A DNA stretch of 64,000 nt. It comes from Microbacterium sp. Its GTDB lineage: Bacteria; Actinomycetota; Actinomycetes; Actinomycetales; Microbacteriaceae. The stretch covers positions 381,137 through 445,136 of the forward strand of contig NZ_JBEBSA010000002.1 in the NCBI RefSeq assembly GCF_040394595.1, read 5' to 3'. Below are positions 55,056-62,738 of this stretch, in pieces; the first letter of the stretch is position 1; each line of letters begins with the position of its first letter. The notes beneath the pieces are model-generated. The model saw nothing but the letters and a program-made list of their open reading frames with translations, did not search any database and was not told where the DNA came from. Position numbers and translations under genes: made by a program.

Positions 55056-56441
55056 GTGGCCGAACAGTCCCGTCTTGACAAGGTCATCGCCCTCGCCCGC
55101 CACCGCGGGTTCGTGTTCCAAGCGGGTGAGATCTACGGCGGGTCCCGGTCGGCCTGGGACTACGGTCCCCTCGGCACCGAGCTCAAGGAGAACATCCGTC
55201 GGCAGTGGTGGCAGACCTTCGTCCGCGGCCGGGGCGACATGGTCGGCCTCGACTCGTCGATCATCCTGCCCAAGCGGGTGTGGGAGGCCTCCGGCCACGT
55301 CGCGACCTTCACCGACCCCCTGGTCGAGTGCCTCAGCTGCCACAAGCGCTTCCGCGCCGACAACCTCATCGAGGACTTCGAGGCGCGCAAGGGCCGCAAG
55401 GCCGAGAACGGTCTCGCCGACGTGCCCTGCCCGAACTGCGGCAACAAGGGCCAGTACACCGAGCCGAAGGCGTTCTCCGGCCTGGTGAAGACCTACCTCG
55501 GCGTCGTGGACGACGAGTCGGGCCTGCACTACATGCGCCCCGAGACCGCGCAGGGCATCTTCGTGAACTTCTCGAACGTGCTCACCGCCAGCCGCAAGAA
55601 GCCGCCGTTCGGCATCGGCCAGGTCGGCAAGGCCTTCCGCAACGAGATCACCCCCGGCAACTTCATCTTCCGCACCCGCGAGTTCGAGCAGATGGAGATC
55701 GAGTACTTCACCCCGCCGGCCGAGGCGCAGCAGTGGTTCGAGCACTGGGTCGAGGCATGCTGGGACTGGTTCATCGACCTGGGCATCGATGCAGAGAACA
55801 TCCGACGGTTCGACGTGCCCGAGGACGACAGGGCGCACTACTCGGCGGGCACGATCGACGTCGAGTACCGCTTCGGCTTCCCGGGCAAGGAGTGGGGCGA
55901 GCTCATGGGCATCGCCAACCGCACCGATTACGACCTGTCGAGCCACTCCGAGGCGTCCGGGCAGAGCCTGACCTACTTCGACCAGGCCTCCGGCGAGCGG
56001 TACACGCCGTACGTGATCGAGCCCTCGTTCGGCCTCACCCGCGCGATGATGGCCTTCCTCGTCGACGCCTATCGTGAGGAGGAGGTGCCGAACGCGAAGG
56101 GCGGCACCGACACCCGCACGGTGCTCAAGCTCGACCCGCGTCTCGCCCCGGTGAAGGTGGCCGTGCTGCCGCTGAGCCGCAACGAGAACCTCTCGCCGCT
56201 CGCGCGCGAGGTGGCGGACGGGCTGCGCGGACAGTGGACGGTCGACTTCGACGACGCCGGCGCGATCGGCCGCCGCTACCGCCGTCAGGACGAGGTCGGC
56301 ACGCCGTTCTGCGTGACCGTCGACTTCGACTCGCTCGACGACCGCGCCGTCACGGTGCGCGACCGGGACACGATGGCGCAGGAGCGCGTGCCGCTCGACG
56401 CGCTGCACGGCTACCTCGCGGAGCGTCTCCGGGGCGCCTGA
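55056..56441 (+). CDS. glyQS: glycine--tRNA ligase (homodimeric class II)
   Basis: I chose the GTG after GGAG ([29 protein letters not shown]). It has the full-length GlyQS pattern, including the CPNCG zinc-ribbon insert. Confidence 0.95.
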   Translation: MAEQSRLDKVIALARHRGFVFQAGEIYGGSRSAWDYGPLGTELKENIRRQWWQTFVRGRGDMVGLDSSIILPKRVWEASGHVATFTDPLVECLSCHKRFRADNLIEDFEARKGRKAENGLADVPCPNCGNKGQYTEPKAFSGLVKTYLGVVDDESGLHYMRPETAQGIFVNFSNVLTASRKKPPFGIGQVGKAFRNEITPGNFIFRTREFEQMEIEYFTPPAEAQQWFEHWVEACWDWFIDLGIDAENIRRFDVPEDDRAHYSAGTIDVEYRFGFPGKEWGELMGIANRTDYDLSSHSEASGQSLTYFDQASGERYTPYVIEPSFGLTRAMMAFLVDAYREEEVPNAKGGTDTRTVLKLDPRLAPVKVAVLPLSRNENLSPLAREVADGLRGQWTVDFDDAGAIGRRYRRQDEVGTPFCVTVDFDSLDDRAVTVRDRDTMAQERVPLDALHGYLAERLRGA

Positions 56442-56470
56442 GACGGATCGGCCGTCCGCCGCGGCGGGGG

Positions 56471-56584
56471 CTACTTCTTCTCGGTGGGCGTCGGCGAGGG
56501 GGATTCCTTCGCCGACGCCTTCGCCTTCTCCGGTGCGGTGCCGCGGATGAGCTCGGCGGGCCGTGCGGAGGACTTTTGCGTCAT
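56471..56584 (-). CDS. possible 37-aa Lys/Pro-rich small protein
   Basis: MTQKSSARPAELIRGTAPEKAKASAKESPSPTPTEKK. It has strong third-position GC, and its ATG overlaps the stop of the upstream small ORF (ATGA). It is below the track length cut-off. Confidence 0.3.
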   Translation of the reverse strand: MTQKSSARPAELIRGTAPEKAKASAKESPSPTPTEKK

Positions 56585-56748
56585 CGTCGAGGAACTTCGC
56601 GGAGGGCTTCGGCGACTCGGTCACCGTGTCCTGGTAGGCCTAGGGCCGCGCCGGCCGTGACCGCCTCGGCGTCGGGGCCCGCCGTGCAGGCGGTCAGCAG
56701 GGCGGGTGCGACGAACAGCGTCGCCCATCCGGCCAGTGCTCTCCTCAT
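56581..56748 (-). CDS. possible 55-aa lipoprotein
   Basis: MRRALAGWATLFVAPALLTAC has a signal peptide and an LTAC lipobox. Third-position GC bias weakens in the last 20 codons, so the call is uncertain. Confidence 0.3.
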   Translation of the reverse strand: MRRALAGWATLFVAPALLTACTAGPDAEAVTAGAALGLPGHGDRVAEALREVPRR

Positions 56749-56808
56749 CGGGACCCCCGGCGATGGAACGAGCAGAGTTCCGGATGCGGCGGAGCACACC
56801 GGTATCGT

Positions 56809-57456
56809 ATGGGCATGGTCGACGTGGATCCCGCCGGGCGCCCGGAGCAGGCGCAGCGGGTCACGTGGATCGCGGGCGGCGCGCTGCTGCTCGCGTCGGT
56901 GCTGTCCTCCGGATTTCTGCAGGCGGCCTGGATCCCCTCGCTCGGCGCGCTCCCGATGGCTCTCTTCGCGGTGGCCGCGGCGCTGTTCGCGATCGGTGTC
57001 GGGCGGGCGGGGAGCATCACGGCACGGAAGCCCCTCGGAACCGCCGCGCTGATCCTCTGCGGCGTCTGGCCGCTGATCGCATGGCTCCTGATCGATCCGC
57101 TGCTCCTGCGGTGGGCGCCCGACGGAGGGTGGCCGCTGCAGGCGACGCCGGTGCTCGGGCTGATGATCTCGATCGTCGCCGTCGCACAGATCGCCCGGGC
57201 GGGGGTCGTGCCCGCGCCGTGGCATCTGGCGCCCGCGTGGGCGCTCGGGACCGTCGCGCTCCGGTACGCGCTGATGTTCGCGCCGCTCGGAGGAGCGTTC
57301 GGCAACGACCAGGAGGCGCTGCTCGCGTTCATCGCGGCGCTCGGGATGGTCGACGCCGTCGCGCTCTGCTTCCTCGGCGTGGTCGCGATCGTGCTCGGTG
57401 CCCGCAGCGCGCGCCCCGACGCGGTGCCGGTGTTCGGATCGCAGCCTCTATCGTGA
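56809..57456 (+). CDS. hypothetical polytopic membrane protein
   Basis: 215 aa with about six hydrophobic segments. I recognise no family. Confidence 0.6.
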   Translation: MGMVDVDPAGRPEQAQRVTWIAGGALLLASVLSSGFLQAAWIPSLGALPMALFAVAAALFAIGVGRAGSITARKPLGTAALILCGVWPLIAWLLIDPLLLRWAPDGGWPLQATPVLGLMISIVAVAQIARAGVVPAPWHLAPAWALGTVALRYALMFAPLGGAFGNDQEALLAFIAALGMVDAVALCFLGVVAIVLGARSARPDAVPVFGSQPLS

Positions 57457-57460
57457 AGGC

Positions 57461-58222
57461 GTGACCGAACCTTCGGAGCCCCCCGACGAGCCCCCCGGGC
57501 CGGTGCCGATCGACCCCGCCGCCGCGAGGGCGATCATGCGGGTCTCGGCGATCGTGTCGCTGCTGTCGATCACCGCCGCGTGGCTGCTCGTCTCGGTCGA
57601 CCCCCGCGCGAACGACGGGTTCTCCGGCATCTTCATGCTGGTCGGCATTCCGGCGCTCTGCATCGCCGTGATGCTGACGGTCTTCGGATTCTTCGCCGTC
57701 CGGGGCGCCGAGACCGGCGGGCGGTGGCTGTGGTGGCCGCTGCTCGTGATGCCGCTCGGGGTGCTGGGCGCGCTCGCCGTGCTCGTGTTGCGCGTGCCGG
57801 ACTACTTCATCGGCGACGACTCTCCGTGGGCCCTGCTCGCGATGCCGGTCTTCGTCGTGATCGGAATGCTGCTCGGCCCGCTGATCTGGTTCTTCACGCT
57901 CTTCCCGATCGCGCAGCTCATCCGCGGCGGGATCGCGATGTCGCGCGGAGAGGCGAAGGCGACCGTGCTGATCCTCCCGCTCGTGCTGCTCGCACTCGGC
58001 GTGCTGGTGCTCGTCGGCGCGGGGGCGGTGGACACGGGGCTCAGCGGCCGGCTCGCGTACCCGGCGCTGATCGCCGCGTTCTTCGGGCTTCCGGGCGACT
58101 ATGAGGTGGTCTGGGAGCCGGGGCTGTGGATCGTGCGGGGCATCGTGCTCGCGATCGTGCCGCTCTTCGCGGTGCCGGCGGTGGTCGCCCGCCTCCGCCG
58201 CCCTGCCGATCCGCCGGCCTGA
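57461..58222 (+). CDS. hypothetical polytopic membrane protein
   Basis: GTG start lies 4 nt after the preceding stop. It has a Pro-rich N-terminus and then about seven hydrophobic segments. Confidence 0.6.
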   Translation: MTEPSEPPDEPPGPVPIDPAAARAIMRVSAIVSLLSITAAWLLVSVDPRANDGFSGIFMLVGIPALCIAVMLTVFGFFAVRGAETGGRWLWWPLLVMPLGVLGALAVLVLRVPDYFIGDDSPWALLAMPVFVVIGMLLGPLIWFFTLFPIAQLIRGGIAMSRGEAKATVLILPLVLLALGVLVLVGAGAVDTGLSGRLAYPALIAAFFGLPGDYEVVWEPGLWIVRGIVLAIVPLFAVPAVVARLRRPADPPA

Positions 58223-58266
58223 CCCTCCGCCCCGTTCGCCCCGTTCGCCCCGGCCGTGCTCCAGCG

Positions 58267-58329
58267 CGTCTATTCGTCACAAAGTGCCGTTATCCGACCC
58301 GGATAACGGCACTTTGTGACGAATAGACG
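58267..58329. repeat. perfect palindromic element, copy 3 (30-nt arms)
   Basis: CGTCTATTCGTCACAAAGTGCCGTTATCCG-ACC-CGGATAACGGCACTTTGTGACGAATAGACG. It lies between a convergent membrane-protein gene and the GH38 gene. Confidence 0.9.
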
Positions 58330-58368
58330 GTGTTTCCGCGGGCCCTGGAAGCCCGAGGCCTCCGTGCC

Positions 58369-61362
58369 TCAGCCGCGGGCGATCCGGAGGGTGCGCACCT
58401 CGAAGGGGCGCAGTGCGAGGGCGCCGCCCGTGCGCGGATCGGCGAGCTCGTCCTCGATCAGGCTCACCTCGCGGATGCCCTCGTGCGGGAAGCCCACCGA
58501 CAGCTCACCGGTCGCGCGACGCCCGAGCGCCTCGTAGACGCGCACGATCACGTCGCCGGAGCGGTCGTCGGCGAGCTTGACCGACGACACGACGATGCCC
58601 TCGCCCTCGACGGACACGAGCGGCTCCACCTCGTGCGCACCGCGCACCAGCGTCGGCATCGCGTTCAGCCGGATCCCCTCCGCGGTCGCGATGGCGGCGT
58701 CCGCCCCGATGACGAACCCCACGGTGATCTCGTGCGGGCCGTGGTCGGTCTCGGGGTCGGGGAACCGCGGCGCCCGCAGCATCGACAGGCGCACGGTGGT
58801 CGTGACGTCGTCGCCGTCGGAGTCCCGGCTGGTGTCGTAGCCGTAGATCGAGTCGTTGACGAGCGCGGCGCCGAAGCCGTCCTCCTCGACGAGCACGAAG
58901 CGGTGCATCGACGTCTCGAACTTCGCCGCCTCCCAGCTGGTGTTCACATGGGTGACGCGCCGCTGGAAGCCGAACTGCGTCTCGGCCGCGGTCTCGCGGG
59001 CGAAGACGTCGAGCGGGAAGGCGAGCTTGAGCAGCTTCTCCGACTCGTGCCAGTCGATCTCGTTGTGCAGCAGCACGGTGCGCGACCCCGGGGCGAGGTC
59101 GATGGTCTGCCGCAGACGGGACTGCGAGAACTCGCGCTCGACGACGATGCGGGCCGTGCCGTCTTCGAGCGATGCCGTGACCGAGGTCGCCGCGGAGAGG
59201 TCGTCGACGCTGTTGCGGTAGTACTTGTCGATGTCCCAGGCGTCCCACATGTTCGGGAAGTCCTGGTGCAGCTGGAACAGGTTGGCGGGCGCGTCCGCGG
59301 GGATCGCCTCCCGGCCGCTCGCCCGGTCGACCGCGGAGGTGATGAGCCCCTCGGCGGAGACGACGATCGAGACGAGGTCGTTCTCCAGACGATGTCCTCC
59401 CTCGTGCGCGGTGAGCGAGACGGGATGCTGCTCGGCGTCGTCCTCCGCGGCGGAGGCGCCGAGGGGGGAGCGCCCGTCGACCGAGGTTGGCGTGAAGCGC
59501 AGTATCCGCTCGCCCTCGCCGGCGAGCGCGGCGCGCGCCGACGTCGCGAGCGCACGGGCGTCCTCGACGACCTGCGAGAGCACGGCGACCGCCTCGCGGT
59601 GCACCCAGGCGATCGAGGTGCCGGGAAGGATGTCGTGGAACTCGTGCAGCAGCACCGCCCGCCACAGACGGTCGAGCTCGTCGTGCGGGTAGGCGGCGCC
59701 GAGTCGCACGGCCGCGGTGGACGCCCACAGCTCGGCCTCGATGAGCGCCTGCTCCGCCCAGCGGTGCGTCGCCTTCGTGGAGTGCTGGCTGGTGAGGGTC
59801 CCGCGGTGCAGTTCGAGGTAGAGCTCGCCCACCCACACGGCGGGCTCTGCGAGCTCGGCCCTCGCCTCGGCGAAGAAGTCGTCGGGATGCTTCCACTCCA
59901 CCTTCGCGCTGCCCTCGAGATCGGAGAGGCGCCGTGCGCGTCCGGTCATCTCGCGGGTGGTCCCGCCGCCGCCGTCGCCCCAGCCGACCGGGGCGAGGGA
60001 GGTGGATGCGACGCGGTTCTCCTTGAACTGCCGGGAGGCCTTCGCCACCTCCATCCCGCTCAGCTGGGAGTTGTAGGTGTCCATCGGCGGGAAGTGCGTG
60101 AACATCCGCGAGCCGTCGATCCCCTCCCAGTCGAAGGTGTGGTGCGGGAAGACGTTGCGCTGGTTCCAGGAGATCTTCTGGGTGAAGAACCACTCGAAGC
60201 CCGCGCGGCGCATGAGCTGGGGGAGCGCGGGTGAGTATCCGAAGCTGTCCGGCAGCCAGACGCCCTTCGAACGGATGCCGAACTCCCGCTCGAAGAACCG
60301 CTGCCCGTGCGAGAACTGGCGAACCAGCGATTCGCCGGTCGGCATCACCGTGTCGGACTCCACCCACATGCCGCCCAGCGGCAGGAAACGTCCGGCGGCG
60401 ACCGCGTCCTTGATGCGGGCGTAGACCTCGGGGCGGTGCTCCTTCATCCAGGCGTACTGCTGCGCGCTGGACATGCCGTAGAGGAACTCGGGCTGCTCGT
60501 CGATGAGGGTCGTCATCGACGACGTCGTGCGGGCGACCTTGCGGACCGTCTCGCGCACGGGCCACAGCCAGGCCGAGTCGATGTGCGCGTGCCCGATCGC
60601 CGCGATGCGGTGCGCGCTGGCATCGGCGGGGGAGGCGAGCACCTCGGCGAGGCGGGCGCGGGCGTCCGCGGCCGTCTCGGCGATGCGCTGGAGGTCGAGC
60701 ACGTCGAGCGCGTCGTCGAGTGCCTGCAGCACCCGCATGCGGCGGGGCGAGGTCTCGGGCAGCTCGGCCTGCAGCTCGAGGAGCACGTCGAGGTCGAGCG
60801 AGAGCTCGAAGACCTCGGGCTCGAACACCGCGAGGTCCATGTGGCGCACACGGTACAGCGGGTCGGGCGACGAGGTGAGCACGTCGCCCTCCTGTGTGGG
60901 GAGGAAGGGGTGGTAGTCGAGCAGCACCGGGTTGGAGGCACCCTCGAGGTAGAACTCGACCGCGCCTCCCGCCTCGGCCTCCACCGGGAGCCACTGGTTG
61001 CGCGGGTTGAGGCTCTTCACCGGGGTGCCGTCGGCGCGGTAGGCGAGGGCCTCGCACTGGAAGCCGGTCATGTTGACGTCGAAGCCGAGGTCGACGAGCG
61101 CCTCGACCTTGCGGCCCGCCCACTCGGCGGGCACGGTGCCCCGCACCCGGAACCAGGTGGTGCCCCAGGCCGGACCCCACTGCTCGCCGGCGCGGAAGGG
61201 CGCGTAGTCGAGCGCGATGCCCTCGGCGGGGGCGATCGGCTCCCCGGGCAGCTCGTGCGCGGCGATCTCCAGCGGCACGCGGGCGGAGTGGATCGCGGGG
61301 GTCACCCGCTCGGTCAGCACGCGCTTCACGCGTCCCACGGTCAGGGAGGTCTCTTCGTGCAC
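58369..61362 (-). CDS. GH38 alpha-mannosidase
   Basis: About 1000 aa. GHAHIDSAWLWP is the GH38 catalytic-domain signature. I prefer the GTG start at 61362; the track's ATG at 61413 is an alternative. Confidence 0.9.
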   Translation of the reverse strand: MHEETSLTVGRVKRVLTERVTPAIHSARVPLEIAAHELPGEPIAPAEGIALDYAPFRAGEQWGPAWGTTWFRVRGTVPAEWAGRKVEALVDLGFDVNMTGFQCEALAYRADGTPVKSLNPRNQWLPVEAEAGGAVEFYLEGASNPVLLDYHPFLPTQEGDVLTSSPDPLYRVRHMDLAVFEPEVFELSLDLDVLLELQAELPETSPRRMRVLQALDDALDVLDLQRIAETAADARARLAEVLASPADASAHRIAAIGHAHIDSAWLWPVRETVRKVARTTSSMTTLIDEQPEFLYGMSSAQQYAWMKEHRPEVYARIKDAVAAGRFLPLGGMWVESDTVMPTGESLVRQFSHGQRFFEREFGIRSKGVWLPDSFGYSPALPQLMRRAGFEWFFTQKISWNQRNVFPHHTFDWEGIDGSRMFTHFPPMDTYNSQLSGMEVAKASRQFKENRVASTSLAPVGWGDGGGGTTREMTGRARRLSDLEGSAKVEWKHPDDFFAEARAELAEPAVWVGELYLELHRGTLTSQHSTKATHRWAEQALIEAELWASTAAVRLGAAYPHDELDRLWRAVLLHEFHDILPGTSIAWVHREAVAVLSQVVEDARALATSARAALAGEGERILRFTPTSVDGRSPLGASAAEDDAEQHPVSLTAHEGGHRLENDLVSIVVSAEGLITSAVDRASGREAIPADAPANLFQLHQDFPNMWDAWDIDKYYRNSVDDLSAATSVTASLEDGTARIVVEREFSQSRLRQTIDLAPGSRTVLLHNEIDWHESEKLLKLAFPLDVFARETAAETQFGFQRRVTHVNTSWEAAKFETSMHRFVLVEEDGFGAALVNDSIYGYDTSRDSDGDDVTTTVRLSMLRAPRFPDPETDHGPHEITVGFVIGADAAIATAEGIRLNAMPTLVRGAHEVEPLVSVEGEGIVVSSVKLADDRSGDVIVRVYEALGRRATGELSVGFPHEGIREVSLIEDELADPRTGGALALRPFEVRTLRIARG

Positions 61363-61419
61363 GGCGGCGCTCCTTCGCAGTGTCAGAATGGGGAAAACGT
61401 CCAAGCGGGGCAACGGACG

Positions 61420-61435
61420 ACTAAAACGATCTAGT
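61420..61435. promoter_or_regulatory. candidate LacI-family operator (GH38/lacI divergent spacer)
   Basis: ACTAAAACGATCTAGT has a CG-centred 16-bp dyad (12 of 16 symmetric). It is near-identical to the site at 62665. Confidence 0.5.
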
Positions 61436-61446
61436 ACGGTGAGTCT

Positions 61447-62472
61447 ATGTCACGGGCCAAGCGTGTCACGATCGCGGACATCGCGCGACTGGCGGGGGTC
61501 TCCCCCGGAGCGGTGTCCTTCGCGCTCAACGGCAGGCCCGGCGTGAGCGATCAGACCCGGCAGCGCATCCTCGAGATCGCCGATCGGCACCAGTGGCAGC
61601 CGAGCTCGGCCGCGCGTGCTCTCGTCGGCTCGCGCGCGGGCGTCGTCGGCTTCGCGGTGAACCGTCCCGCACGCACGCTGGGCACCGAGGCGTTCTTCAC
61701 CGACCTCATCGCCGGCGCGCAGTCGTCGCTCGCCGCTCGTCGCATCGGCCTGCAGCTCGTGGTGGTCCCCACCATCGAGGAGGAGATCGCGACCTACCGT
61801 CGCTGGCGCAGTGCGAACCAGGTCGACGGCGTGATCGTGCTCGACCCCCGCGACGAAGACCCCCGCTTCGAGGCGCTGAGGGAGCTGCCGCTGTCGGCCG
61901 TCGTGATCGGCAGCCAGGAGTCGGCGGACGACGATCCGGCATCCATCTGGCTCGACGACGCCGACGCCGCGCATACGCTGTTCGACTATCTGGCCGGTCT
62001 CGGCCATCGCCGGATCGTCTACGTGTCCGGTCCCGGGGAGTTCCAGCACACCCGCATCCGCAGCGAGGTGCTGGCGGGGTTGGCCTCCCGCGGGGTCGTC
62101 GGCGAGACCGTGGTGACCGACTTCTCCCCGGCGCAGGCGTCCGCCGCATTGCGCACGCTCCTCAGCCGCGCCGAGCGGCCGACCGCCATCGTCTTCGACA
62201 ACGACGTGATGACCATCGCGGGCCTCCGCGTCGCCCAGGAGATGGGCGTGGCCGTGCCCGCGGAGCTGTCGCTCGCCTCGTTCGACGACTCGATCGTGGC
62301 CGATCTGGTGCACCCCTCGATCACCTGCCTCACGCGCGACACGTTCGGACTGGGCGAGCGCGCCGCCGAGTTCCTGCTCGACCAGGTGGATGCCCCGGAG
62401 GTGCTTCCCGACCGGGCGGGGCCCCGTCCGGTGCTCACCGTGCGTGAGAGCACCGCGCGACCCGGTGCCTGA
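61447..62472 (+). CDS. LacI family transcriptional regulator
   Basis: 341 aa. The N-terminal HTH VTIADIARLAGVSPGAVSFALNG is followed by a periplasmic-binding-protein-like core. Confidence 0.9.
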   Translation: MSRAKRVTIADIARLAGVSPGAVSFALNGRPGVSDQTRQRILEIADRHQWQPSSAARALVGSRAGVVGFAVNRPARTLGTEAFFTDLIAGAQSSLAARRIGLQLVVVPTIEEEIATYRRWRSANQVDGVIVLDPRDEDPRFEALRELPLSAVVIGSQESADDDPASIWLDDADAAHTLFDYLAGLGHRRIVYVSGPGEFQHTRIRSEVLAGLASRGVVGETVVTDFSPAQASAALRTLLSRAERPTAIVFDNDVMTIAGLRVAQEMGVAVPAELSLASFDDSIVADLVHPSITCLTRDTFGLGERAAEFLLDQVDAPEVLPDRAGPRPVLTVRESTARPGA

Positions 62473-62631
62473 GTCCTCGTCGGAGCCGGCGCGTTCAGCG
62501 ATGGACGAGCTGCGCCGCAGAGGGGCCGAGGCGCACCGACTCGAGACGTGATCGTCGCGGGCATCGCAGGCCTTCCCGGAAGCTCGTCGCTGTAGCGATT
62601 TATTGCGGTGAAGGCCCGCACAGCTCAGTGA

Positions 62632-62660
62632 TTGACGAGGAAACTCGTTCCCACTATGCT
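62632..62660 (+). promoter_or_regulatory. sigma-70-like promoter for the GH20 gene
   Basis: TTGACG (62632-62637), a 17-nt spacer, then TATGCT (62655-62660). Confidence 0.5.
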
Positions 62661-62664
62661 CCGA

Positions 62665-62680
62665 ACTGAAACGCTTTAGT
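62665..62680. promoter_or_regulatory. candidate LacI-family operator overlapping the predicted GH20 transcription start
   Basis: ACTGAAACGCTTTAGT lies 5 nt downstream of the -10 and matches the 61420 site at 13 of 16 positions. Confidence 0.5.
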
Positions 62681-62738
62681 ATCCGCACATCGCCGTGCAG
62701 CCTCTCAGCGGCATCGCGGCCACGATCAGGAGAGAAAG

